From: Schmidtea polychroa
Lineage: Eukaryota
Length of the DNA: 64,000 nt
Reading direction: 5' to 3'
NCBI GenBank assembly: GCA_044892525.1
Contig: CM097885.1
Coordinates: forward strand, 241,738,001-241,802,000
The stretch's first letter is position 1; the number at the start of each line of letters is the position of its first letter. The notes under the pieces were generated by a model that saw nothing but the letters and a program-made list of their open reading frames with translations, was not told the DNA's origin and did no database searches. Positions 12,201-23,734 of this stretch are shown here, piece after piece. Position numbers and translations under genes: made by a program.

Positions 12201-13954
12201 CATATTCTTGTATATTTTTTTATAATTAATTAATTTTAAATGGAAAATCTTTAGCTAATTGAATGTCCGCATGATAAATCAATGTCCTATAGTGTGTATT
12301 TTTTATTATAGAACCGTGTTTGTATGTATTTATTTATTTTTCTTCCAACAGCGATTTTTTCTATCTTTCTATAGTGTAAGAGCTAATTGAATGTCACCTA
12401 GCTAATTCAATGTCCCTTCTGGCTATGACACACATACATTTATTATAAGTAAGTTAATATTTATATTATTAAATATGCAAATCAATGGCCATTTGATGAT
12501 AATCAAATGCCGGTTGGTGTATAGATTTTATTAATTAATAAGTAGATCATAGACACACACACACGATATAGTTTTTAAAATATGTAAGTCACATACACAT
12601 TTCCTCATAAAAACATGTATCCCCTCCAGGACAGTCTATATAAAAATAAAAACTATTGTATAGTTTTCGTTTTATAATTATTAGTTTTATTTATTGTATT
12701 GAAGTAATTAATATTATTATTTAATAATTTGATGTGTAAAAGTNNNNNNNNNNNNNNNNNNNNNNNNNNNNNNNNNNNNNNNNNNNNNNNNNNNNNNNNN
12801 NNNNNNNNNNNNNNNNNNNNNNNNNNNNNNNNNNNNNNNNNNNNNNNNNNNNNNNNNNNNNNNNNNNNNNNNNNNNNNNNNNNNNNNNNNNNNNNNNNNT
12901 TCTGATACTAAAAATAATTCAGTATGTAATAAAAATGAGAAAGAAATCAAAATTTATTTTGGGAAATTTGCAGAATTGTTTGCACGTGATATTTGTTTGG
13001 GAAAATTTACTTTGTAAATTAAAACCGGTAAAATTAAATTAAAATCCATTATCAAAACGAATGAATTATGGGATTTTCGTTATTGTCGAAAGGAAAATTA
13101 TTCAAAATAATAATTTCTAGTAGTCAGTTTTGGGAATTTTAAGATTTATTGTCTGCTCCAATGACTGCAATTTAATGAATATGGATTTTAAAGCAGTTTA
13201 TTTAGAAAATTATCAAAAAGAATTTATTTCTGATAATCTTTTAGAATCAAAAAAATAAAACATAATCGAAAAGTTAAATTAATTTTAGATTTTATTAAAA
13301 TTATGAATTTCAGATATATTATAAATAATAATATAACAATATTATTGATATTCTCGGTAGCAATATATTTTAAAATAGTTTTTAAAATAGTTCTTAATAA
13401 TATAATATTCTAATTATATAATTTTATATTCTTTATCTTCTCTTTTAAATTACTTTCGATCAACATTTGATTTACATTTAACATGAAATTTTGGCATTGC
13501 TTCTTTTTTAAGAAACACTTGAAAAAATTCATGTTAAATTTAAAACAAAATAATAAATGCTACTACTAAGAAATCATCTCTTTATACTTTAAAACAAAAT
13601 AATTATTGAAAATATTTAAAAAAATAAAAGATTTTACTGATAAATTTATGCTTGGAATTTAATGATAATTATTTAGAAATTTCTTGTGTCGATTGACGAC
13701 TTTGATAATTTGTAAATGAATTTATATTGAATTTTCTAAATAATTTGAGCAATCAGTCAATCAATTTGAGTATATATGTGATAAGTTTACTTATGAGTAA
13801 TTTTTAAAATTAATTTATTTCAATTAATTTATTCAATCTTAATTAATTATTTACTAGATTTTATTAGAAAATTCTTATTCACTTGAAGGAAGACCTTTGT
13901 TGATTCATATTTAAATTAATTAATAAATTGAATGATCAGTATTTAAGATAAATT

Positions 13955-16884
13955 TGTTGATAGCTGGTTGTTATTACCTAGTTGTAAGTACTTGGTACTC
14001 GGCAGTTGGTACTTATTTGTTATTACATGGTTATTAATACTTAGTAGCAAATAGTTGGTACCCGGATGTTGGTACTTGGTATCTGCTTGTAAATACTTAG
14101 TCGTTAGTGTCTGGTTATTTGTAACTTGGTTGTTACACCAAACACCATTGAGATACATTCTCTATAGTGGTGGTTTGCGTGTAGAGCGATTGCTCACTCA
14201 CCAGTTTACTACTGATAATTTTCTACTGATGTTTATGATAAATAAAGCAAAGTTGTCAGTAATTTTTTTATGTATGAATTGCTCACCATGAAATTTATTT
14301 TAGCCATTTTAGAAATGGTTTTCAGGTAAGATATTAAATTTAAAGTGAATTTTAAGACTTGAATTTTGATCCATATGGATATGAGATCATTTTTCAAGTT
14401 CTTAAATATTACTTTTAATCAACAATATAATTATAAATTATTTTTAATTAATTTTCAGGGTTTTTTTAGGAATTTAATGACATTTATCATGGAATTATTT
14501 CGAAAAAATGTGAGTCCGATATATTTTTAATTATAATTAATTAAATAAATCAATCAATGTAGTTTTTTAAAACATTTTAGGAAAAATCGCTGATTAGAAA
14601 AATTTTTTTAATTTTTGTAATTTTTTTCTGAGCTCAATATAAGGGGATTCTTAAAGGAAATCATATCTGGAGTAAAAAGGATTTTGAACCAAATTCATCT
14701 GCGCTTGATATTTTCATTAAAAATATAATTTAAAAAATTTTCAACGATCTTTTTTTTCTAAAAATTGTCTAAAATAGAATTATTAAAGAAACGTATCTCA
14801 TCGTTACAATTTTACGAATCAAAAGTTTGTATGTGTTTTTTATTATGTGTTGTACTTGTGTGTATTTTTTAATTTTCCTTCCACTTTTCAGATTTCTATA
14901 ATATAAGATGTATCTCATTGAGCTATAAATGAGAACATCAACATGAAATCAAAGTAAGTATGTATGTTTCTATAATGTAAGATTATTGATTTTTTTGTTA
15001 TATTATAGGAAATGGTTCTCAGGTGTGATTGGTGTAGTACCTAGTTATTGGTACTTATCTGTTAGCACCTTGTTGTTTGGTATCTAGTTATTAGCTTGTT
15101 GTTAGTAATCAATTCAAAGAAGGTGATTCCAAGTATCAGATTCAAGACTTGCAAATTCAATATCTTAGTATCGTGATTAAATATTTAGTTAAGTGGTTGT
15201 AAGGATCATTTTATACGAAAATATTTATTTCAAAAATAACAACTTTATTTAATTAATTTAATGTGTCCTAACGATCTGAAAATTTATTCAAAGTACTATC
15301 AAATTTATTTAAAGTACTATAAAATTAACAAATTAATTAACAAGTTTAAAAAGTTTATTCAAAGATTGGTTGATTTCAATTTAGGGTTATATACTTGAAA
15401 ATATACTGAAATTAAAATCGATTTATTTATTATAATAAAAATCTTTAAAATAATTAGTCCTTGATAAACATCATTATATGAATAATTTAGTTGGTTGGTT
15501 ATTAATAATTTAGTATTATATTAATTGGTTGTTAACTAGTTATCAATTCAAAGAAGGAAGTTAAGCAGATCTTTTGTGAATAAAAATTAGAATTCTATAT
15601 TTTATGTCTTTCTTTGAAATTTTGAAATATTAAAATTATTTTACTTAATTTTCATTTTAGCGTGGTGTTTTATTATTTCTAAAGTGGTTGAATTATTATT
15701 CTCAATTATTATTAACAATTATTCTCATTTACCTTTCATTCTTTGACGAAAGACATCATTTTTGTAAAATTTAAATTATACATTTTACTTAATCAGACAA
15801 AGTCTTCTTATCTACTAATTGCAATTTTATTCAAAATATTTTTGAATTCTAACATAAAAAAACTAATTTATTTAAAAAAAAAATTGATAAAATGCACTTA
15901 AGAAATAACATTTTTGTTGGTTGTAAGTACTTCGTTCTTAGTTGCAGTTACGTGGTTGTAAGTAATTGGTTGTAAGTAATTGGTTGTAAGTTGTAAATAT
16001 ATAGTTGTAGGTATCTGGTAGGTAACTTGGTACCTAGTTGTTAGTACTTAGTACCTAGTTGTATGTATCTAGTGGTTAGCTGGTTGTTAGTACATAGTTA
16101 GTTGTACTTAGGATTTAGTAGTTGGTACTTATTTGTTAGTATCTGGTTGTAAGCACTTTGTACTGGTTGTTGGTACCTAGTTATATATCCTTAGTAGTTG
16201 GTACTTGGTTGTTGGTTGTTAGTACCTAGTTGTAAGTACTTGGTTGATAGTGTTTAGTTGTTAATACTTGGTTGTTGGTTGTTAGTATCTAGTTGTTGGT
16301 AGCTGGTATCTAGTTGCAGGTATCTGTTTGTTGAATTATTATTATTATCAAGTTGTAAATAATTAATTTAATTAATTGTGTTTTAATCTTTGAATTATTG
16401 CCAAAACCAAAAATTCAAAAATGAATGATGAGCAACAAGCATATATCTTGCAAACAGTATTATTGAAGATGGAAGAACTGTTGCCAAATATGAAGAACCA
16501 GCTTTCATGTTATGCTCCAGAAGTGTTGGCTTATGGAATAAAGCAATTCACAGGAATCAACACCAGGGAAATTATTCATATGCATTGATTGAAATTTTGT
16601 TTGACAATTTTGTGGTCTGTACACATCCTGTAAAATTAACTTGTCCTTTTAGATGTAGATTTTGTCAAGAATATTTATGTGTTATAAGTACTTGGTATTT
16701 GGTTGTTAGTACCTAGTTGTTAGTACTCGATTTTTAGTTGCAGGTTGTTAGTACAATGGTTCTTCGTTGTAATTACTTGGTTGATAGTGTTTAGTACTTG
16801 GTATTTGGTACTATTTGTTAGTACTTGGTATTTGGTACTATTTGTTAGTACTTGGTATTTAGTTGAGGATATCTAATTGTAAGT
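13955..16884 (+). repeat. Four blocks of degenerate 7-nt-period G/T-rich repeat (13955-14140, 15030-15110, 15915-16335, 16680-16884)
   Basis: For example, from 16201: gtacttg gttgttg gttgtta gtaccta gttgtaa gtacttg gttgata gtgttta. A 27-bp higher-order tandem occurs at ~16794-16860. Confidence 0.85.
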
Positions 16885-17711
16885 NNNNNNNNNNNNNNNN
16901 NNNNNNNNNNNNNNNNNNNNNNNNNNNNNNNNNNNNNNNNNNNNNNNNNNNNNNNNNNNNNNNNNNNNNNNNNNNNNNNNNNNNNNNNNNNNNNNNNNNN
17001 NNNNNNNNNNNNNNNNNNNNNNNNNNNNNNNNNNNNNNNNNNNNNNNNNNNNNNNNNNNNNNNNNNNNNNNNNNNNNNNNNNNNNNNNNNNNNNNNNNNN
17101 NNNNNNNNNNNNNNNNNNNNNNNNNNNNNNNNNNNNNNNNNNNNNNNNNNNNNNNNNAAATTTTCATTCAAAATTATCTTTAAAATATGTTTCATAAAAA
17201 TTTTTATTTAAAATTGTCTTTGAAAATTAATTCATAAAAATTTCTTTACTTTTTTAAAATTCTCAGAGGCCATTGGATTTTTGAAATATCTGACAATAAA
17301 TTTTAAATTATTACTTTAATTTACTTATTTTAAAAATGTGCTTTACTTATTTAAAATCTATTACTTAATTTTAAAATATTACACTAATTTAATTCAATTT
17401 ACTTTAATTTTTAATTACAATCTCCATTTCTCGAATGTTATCGATTCTTGAAAAGGTTTCACCTTTGCGTTAAATGCTCTTTGCAAAGGGATTAAAAATT
17501 TATATAGTGATTGTGAATTAAACTAATTGTTTAATAAATCCCCTCAGTAATTAATTCAGAAAAGTAAAATAAGTCCTGCCGATATAATAATAAATAATTT
17601 TGAAACCAAATCAAATTGTTAATTAGGAATCATAAAACATTTTTATTTCACAGACGGTGATACAATAGAATATTGTTATACGAAATATTAATTGAAACAA
17701 GAAACACAGGA

Positions 17712-19548
17712 TCAAAACTGATTTAGAATGTCACGAAAATCATATTTCTGTCGTTTCCCCAGTCTAAATTAAAACAAAATTCAAATTAATTTCAAATTTA
17801 ACTTTGATATATAAAAATAAATAAATAATATATTAGATTGTAATATCTGCGTAATATCTGTCATGTTTTGTGCTCTTATCTGTGATCAGTTAAACCTTTT
17901 TAACTACCTTTTAATTTAACACAATGTTAGAAACTATTTATAAAATTTTGTAAAGTACATATGTTAAAAATAAAAATAATTAAAAAATAATAATTTAAAA
18001 TGAATAATAAAATCAAATATAATTTTGTTAAATCAAAAGAGATTATTGCAATCTCAAAAATAAAATTATATACAAACCTGCGTTTTGTATTCGGTGATAT
18101 CATAAAATATGGAAGCCTACTATTTTCTACAAATATTATTAGAATTAAAATAACAGAGCCATTTCAATTGGAAAATGTAAGAAAAATCTTTACAAATCTT
18201 TAGTTTCCTAAAGAATAGTTCCCATTCTAGCATGAATTATAAAATGAGGAAATTTAAAGAAAATTTATATTTATGCATTAAAACAAACTATTACATATTC
18301 CGAATTTTACTAAAGCATTTTTTGTTGAAAATGATTATAATGAAAGTGAAACAATGTGTCATAATTGCTCCATTATAGAAATTAGATTATATGCAAATAA
18401 AATTGTCTTCTCAAACTGCAATCTTATTTTTATGTCATTCAGCAGAGGTTAGGATCTGACAAGTTTAGAAAACCTTTTATTATCAATGATCTGAGGTGAT
18501 TTCCCTTTATATATAACTATAAACTATTTTGAGCTTTATAATACTATATCAGGTAGGCCTTACCGTTATTAAATTTTTTTTTGTAAAAAAAGAATTTTTA
18601 TGTTTTTTTTTAAAATAAGTTGTTCCTGTAAAATTGTCTGAATAGATTTTAACGAGTAAATAAAGAAACCCTTAATTTGTATGTTAAACTTTACGAAATG
18701 CATTAAAAAATAATTATTTACTCAGTATTGTACCAATGGAGGTACTATTATTACTACCGTGACATGTGGATTGAATAAGTTTAATTATTTCGTAAAATAA
18801 TAATTTCATGCAATTTGATATTATTTTTATTTCTTGACTGAAAACTAAATTCTTTCATTGAAATACATGAAAAACCAAAGTTTCCTCTCTAATATAGATT
18901 TTCATATTTCATTTTATTTCATTAATACTATTTATCAATCCTTTTCCTAATGTAACACAAATTTTCGTTACTACTCTTTTCAAGTGCTTTTAATGTTATA
19001 TTAAAAAATTGATTTGTAGTCGTAATGAAATTAACCGAAATATTAAAAGAAAACAAAAACAGATCAAAGGGAAGCAAAAAAAATAAAGGATTTGACTTAA
19101 ATTATATATATTATTTGACAGCTCCCAAGCTGTTGGATAACCAATTTATATCTATGCACCATTTCCAAAACAAAAGTAAAGGTAATATAATATCTTTTTC
19201 TAAATTTAAATGTAACAAAAATTTGTGGCCAGCTTCATTTATACTAGACATAGAGTGGGATCAGAGGTCTAAATTTACTAACATATATAGATATATATAT
19301 ATATATATATATATACTCCAATTGAAAAAAAAATAATTATTAAATAAAAAATTTTACCTTGGTCTACTAACGATTTGAAAATATAAATTTAGATGATGAA
19401 TGTAATCTTTGATTTCATCTGAGGTTGCGTGAGGATTTAGAGGAATCGGAGGTTTATTTGGATCTATCGAATGTGAAGGCATGATAAAATAACATTGACA
19501 GTCTTGAAGTGCAAATATTAATGCACCTAATAAGCATGGAATCAACAT
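17712..19548 (-). CDS. npy: Neuropeptide Y/F family prohormone, 80 aa (coding exons 19548-19358 and 17763-17712)
   Basis: Signal-peptide-like MLIPCLLGALIFALQDCQC; PNKPPIP prolines; Tyr at positions 10 and 17 from the peptide C-terminus. Phase-2 intron inside the last Arg codon (CCA AG|gtaaaa ... tttag|A CTG GGG AAA CGA) gives ...SRPRL-GKR-QKYDFRDILNQF*. A probable 5'-UTR intron lies at 19553-19697. Confidence 0.92.
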
Positions 19549-20479
19549 TTCACTAAATATTTAAAGAAAGTAATAAATATCAAATTTTTATTATTAATTT
19601 ATATGCTGACAGAAAGTTGTCATACAGCAATAATATGTTGATAACTCTAAACATCTTTCACTGAACGACATTTCCGTTTTTCTTTTTTCTTATTTACCCA
19701 CCAACAATCATTTGGATTTCATGTTTACACAAATTCTATTCACGCGTTTTTAGAATATTTTTCACAATAACATTTAATTTAACGCTTTTCTAATAAATAC
19801 TTAATCTTTATTCCATTATTATTCATTTAATTAATTTAAACAAAATATCAAGATATTATAATGTAAATCAAAACTAAGTTTGATCAGTTTTTAAAATTTA
19901 CATTTAGAACTTTTGTACAAAACATATAAAAATAATTAATATAAACCATTCAAAAGTTTGGAACTCAAGTTTTTTCGGGGGTGGAGGGGGGAGAGTTGAA
20001 CCAGTTAGCCAACGAAAAGATGTGAATGTATATATATATATATATATATATATAGTGAAAAAAAATTTTAAAAAGAAAAATTTGAAAAAAGGAGGAAAAT
20101 GACTTGAACAGATTTATTAATAAACAAGGTTGATCTTTTATTTGTTTTTTTTATTATTTTGTTCANNNNNNNNNNNNNNNNNNNNNNNNNNNNNNNNNNN
20201 NNNNNNNNNNNNNNNNNNNNNNNNNNNNNNNNNNNNNNNNNNNNNNNNNNNNNNNNNNNNNNNNNNNNNNNNNNNNNNNNNNNNNNNNNNNNNNNNNNNN
20301 NNNNNNNNNNNNNNNNNNNNNNNNNNNNNNNNNNNNNNNNNNNNNNNNNNNNNNNNNNNNNNNNNNNNNNNNNNNNNNNNNNNNNNNTCGGTATAACTGT
20401 CTGACTCCTTTGTGTTCTTTTTAAAATAAATAAACGACCCAATACAAAATCTTCATTTAAGACCGATATAGTTACACTT

Positions 20480-21130
20480 TAGTTACACTTTTTATTAATT
20501 CAACCACACTTGATACAACCATTTTGGTCTGCACTTTTCAATAGACTACCAATCTCACGCAGGGATAAATCTTCCAACGGGAGATGACCCTTTCTAGTAC
20601 GTTCGATTTAAATGATTTATTTGCTACTAACTTTAACGTTTTCTGATCGCACTCACTGAACTTTTTGTTTTCTTTTTCTTCGACCAACTGGCAATTTTTT
20701 TTCTAGCCAGTCGCTTTTATACACATTTTTTAATTGATTTTACTTTGACAAATTAGTCTGGATCTAACGTTCCCCCGGGCTTCCTCTTGTAGCTCTAATT
20801 CACTTTAAGGAAATTGCCCCTTTTTCTTTGACGGCTCGCTTCAATTTAATTTTATTCGGCTAATTTAATTGGTTTTCTTAATTTGATGGGTAATTCAGAT
20901 TCTGCCAAATCGCTCGGGTTCTCCATTAGTTAATTAATTTTTGTTTTTTGTAATTTATTCCTTCTATGGACCCCCCCCCCCCATTGATTTTATTTTATTA
21001 TAGGTGAATTCATCTCATCATTTAGCATCCGCACATACCAGTTTCCTCCGGAAATATTCATTTTTAAATTTTTTTGATTTTTTTAATTAACTCGTTTGCT
21101 ACCAAGGTCTTCTGGAGAAAACATCCACCA
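20480..21130 (-). mobile_element. Gypsy-type 3' relic: integrase tail, G12 polypurine tract, LTR
   Basis: Minus strand FSPEDL..ANEL..KKFKNEY integrase-tail-like stretch, G run at 20971-20982, then ~500 bp containing gtataaaag (TATA, 20715-20722) and AATAAA. Confidence 0.5.
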
Positions 21131-21239
21131 TAGCCCAATTTTTTTTCATAGTTATACGAAATCAATTGGAATAGATTTTACGTATGTGTATTTAGAACAG
21201 TCAAATAAAGTAAAATAAGTATTCTTTTAAACTGACACA

Positions 21240-21407
21240 AATATGTGACGCTGGGCAATAGATAGAAACTACATGCCGTGGCCCACGTGTCACATTAAAT
21301 TAGAAGAAATTGATTATAAGCCAAAAAATATATGTCACATATGTGTGACGTTGGGCTGTGGTAGTAAAAGGCCGTGTGACATATATGTGACTTTTGGTAG
21401 GAACGGG
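21240..21407. mobile_element. piggyBac-type element end
   Basis: Ends ...ggtaggaacggg|TTAA, with palindromic gtcacatatgtgtgac subterminal repeats. The other end was not found. Confidence 0.55.
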
Positions 21408-22048
21408 TTAATATTTTGTACTTTAAATTTTTATTGTGAACTAGGTGTTTTTATTAATTTTTCACCTCATTTNNNNNNNNNNNNNNNNNNNNNNNNNNNN
21501 NNNNNNNNNNNNNNNNNNNNNNNNNNNNNNNNNNNNNNNNNNNNNNNNNNNNNNNNNNNNNNNNNNNNNNNNNNNNNNNNNNNNNNNNNNNNNNNNNNNN
21601 NNNNNNNNNNCAAAATATAATATAAATAGTCTAGAGAGATTATTTAAATCATATACTGTAATAAAAATGAAAATACAGATGAAATATATTGCAAAGTTTA
21701 TTAAAACAATAAATTTAGTTTTCTCTAGAAATCTCAGACAATTTAATTAAAAAAAAGGACGATTATTCCTTTAGTGTTGATGAAAAGAAATGTTTTCATT
21801 ATACTTTCACTCTGGCTGGAGTGTTAATTGTAAAATTTAACGGTAAGTTTGTTTTAATAATCATAAAACAATTTGATTTTGACAGCATCGGACATATGCA
21901 TCATTTTCTTAAATGTGAGAAAACACTTCTATTTGTTAAAGTCTATTGTTGACCCTATCAGCAAATGAAATAGAAAAAATGTTATAAATATACAATGAAG
22001 ATAATTACTGCCATTAATTAGATGAAAGACGTTTAGTCTCAAGGGTAA

Positions 22049-22534
22049 ATGACCGCTTTGAATTTGTTCAATCAATCCAATGACTACAAAACCTACTTAA
22101 AAATATTGCGAGACAAAGTAAATGCAGAAAAGCTACGAATAGAAAATCATAATCAAAGTCAATTTGTTCATCCAAATCCAAAATCGGAAAATGCCGTATT
22201 GAAAGCGCCAATAGAAAACGTGATTATTGCGTATCAAAATCACCAAAACCGGCAATCAATTAACCAATTAGAAACGAATTTTCATCGGTGTAAGCAGTGC
22301 CGGATGTGCAGAAATCAATTATTTCAAAGAAAATCATTGGAGAAACTAAACAGCAGCCTCTATAAGTCGGCAAATCAAACGTTGCATGCTAAATATTTAT
22401 TAAACGATCAGCAATTAATCACAAAATTTCAATTTCAAAAATATTTTCGTAATTCAAGGCTTTCTCCCATTCCTCCTCCCAATTCTAGAATGGCAGTCTA
22501 TAGAAATTCTGGCACTCCAAGTAATATTTTTTGA
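22049..22534 (+). CDS. Single-exon ORF, 161 aa, unknown function
   Basis: Long open frame in very AT-rich DNA, with an in-frame TAA just upstream of the ATG, non-repetitive composition and a CxxCxxC motif (HRCKQCRMC). An upstream GT-AG pair (21843/21885) could be a 5'-UTR intron. No family recognised. Confidence 0.55.
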   Translation: MTALNLFNQSNDYKTYLKILRDKVNAEKLRIENHNQSQFVHPNPKSENAVLKAPIENVIIAYQNHQNRQSINQLETNFHRCKQCRMCRNQLFQRKSLEKLNSSLYKSANQTLHAKYLLNDQQLITKFQFQKYFRNSRLSPIPPPNSRMAVYRNSGTPSNIF

Positions 22535-22879
22535 TAATTCATTGAAGTACCATTTACCTCTATTTATATGCCTGATGCCTGCAATACAAATAATTTTTGC
22601 ATTTGAAGTAAAATTTTAAATTAAACAATTTTAAAAACCATTTCTTATAAAGGTACGATGAAACTAAAATTAAAATCCTAAAGAGTCCTAAAAGTTGGGT
22701 TTACTAAAGTTTTTGATTCGAAAACCTCAATGTCTACCTCTTGTCCAATTCTACATTAACAACGTCAAACATTTAAAACATTTATTTCTTAACATAACTA
22801 CACACGGTGTGCAAACATTTAATCACGCGACAGATAATCACAGGACAATTAAACACAAACCAATTATCATAAGGACATT

Positions 22880-23510
22880 ACTGGCCCATCGGGTAGTAGC
22901 TGAAATAAATAATAAGATAGACGAAACGCCTGCTACCTCTGGTGTCATCATGGGAACGGTATCGAATAGTTAACCTAATCATGCATAGACGACATTACCA
23001 AAATGGTCATAACTCGTTCATAATCTCCATCTCCACCGAATGACATTACGAGATAAAAATGAAGACGTAATCGTATTCCTTCTGAATCATGTATGATTCA
23101 GAAGCATCAACTGATGGAAAGCAGGTGTTGATCCTGGGATGCCATGAATTGCTCGACAGGCTTGCTCATGCCAAGTTGTGACTGACAAATGGAACTTTTA
23201 AAGTTGATTCTTCGATATTTTTCCAGCTTTACACTGGCTCATCCAGGACAAAGGACTCTACGAACTAATGATTTTATCCTTCAACAGCTGATTCTTATTC
23301 CAGCGACAAATCCAAAACGAATTCTAATTGATTTCGAGACGACAGCCATGCCCGCCTTCCAGACACCATATCTAAACGCAGTTATAGACGGCTGAAATTT
23401 CCAACCATGTCAGTGTGTCCTTCCAAATGCTAACGAGATTGGAATGAAACAAGACTGACAACGACGTTCATGGAGCTGTTCGACATCTACCTACGCATTT
23501 TGCTCGTTCT
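22880..23510 (+). mobile_element. MULE transposase core relic
   Basis: NPKRILIDFETTAMPAFQTPYLNAVIDG*NF matches MULE P..I.xDFExA...AF...FP.....GCxFH. Confidence 0.75.
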
Positions 23511-23734
23511 GTGTTGTGGTTATGTCACCAGAAATGGTTTTAGTTCTTGTTTTGATTTCAAAATTTCTTAAAATCGATTTCGGTTTGGCTCAAGACCATT
23601 TTTACTTTGGCCTTTTGAATTCATAAAATATGTTATGGTTCACTTATTACAAAGGTTCTTCTGTATTTGAAGGCAGGTTGTGTATTATTATTAGATACGT
23701 CTGACCACATTCTAATCTTATTTAATATGTATTT

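Noticed and set aside
13943-14291. ORFs 13943-14158 (-) and 14055-14291 (+) as genes
   Set aside because: They are translations of the heptamer repeat with biased composition.
13955-16884. Interstitial telomeric repeat
   Set aside because: The period is 7 nt and there are no TTAGGG runs.
19025-19336. 103-aa plus-strand ORF inside the NPY intron
   Set aside because: Lys/Asn/Ile-rich, includes a (TA)n tract and has no motif. Expected by chance in AT-rich DNA.
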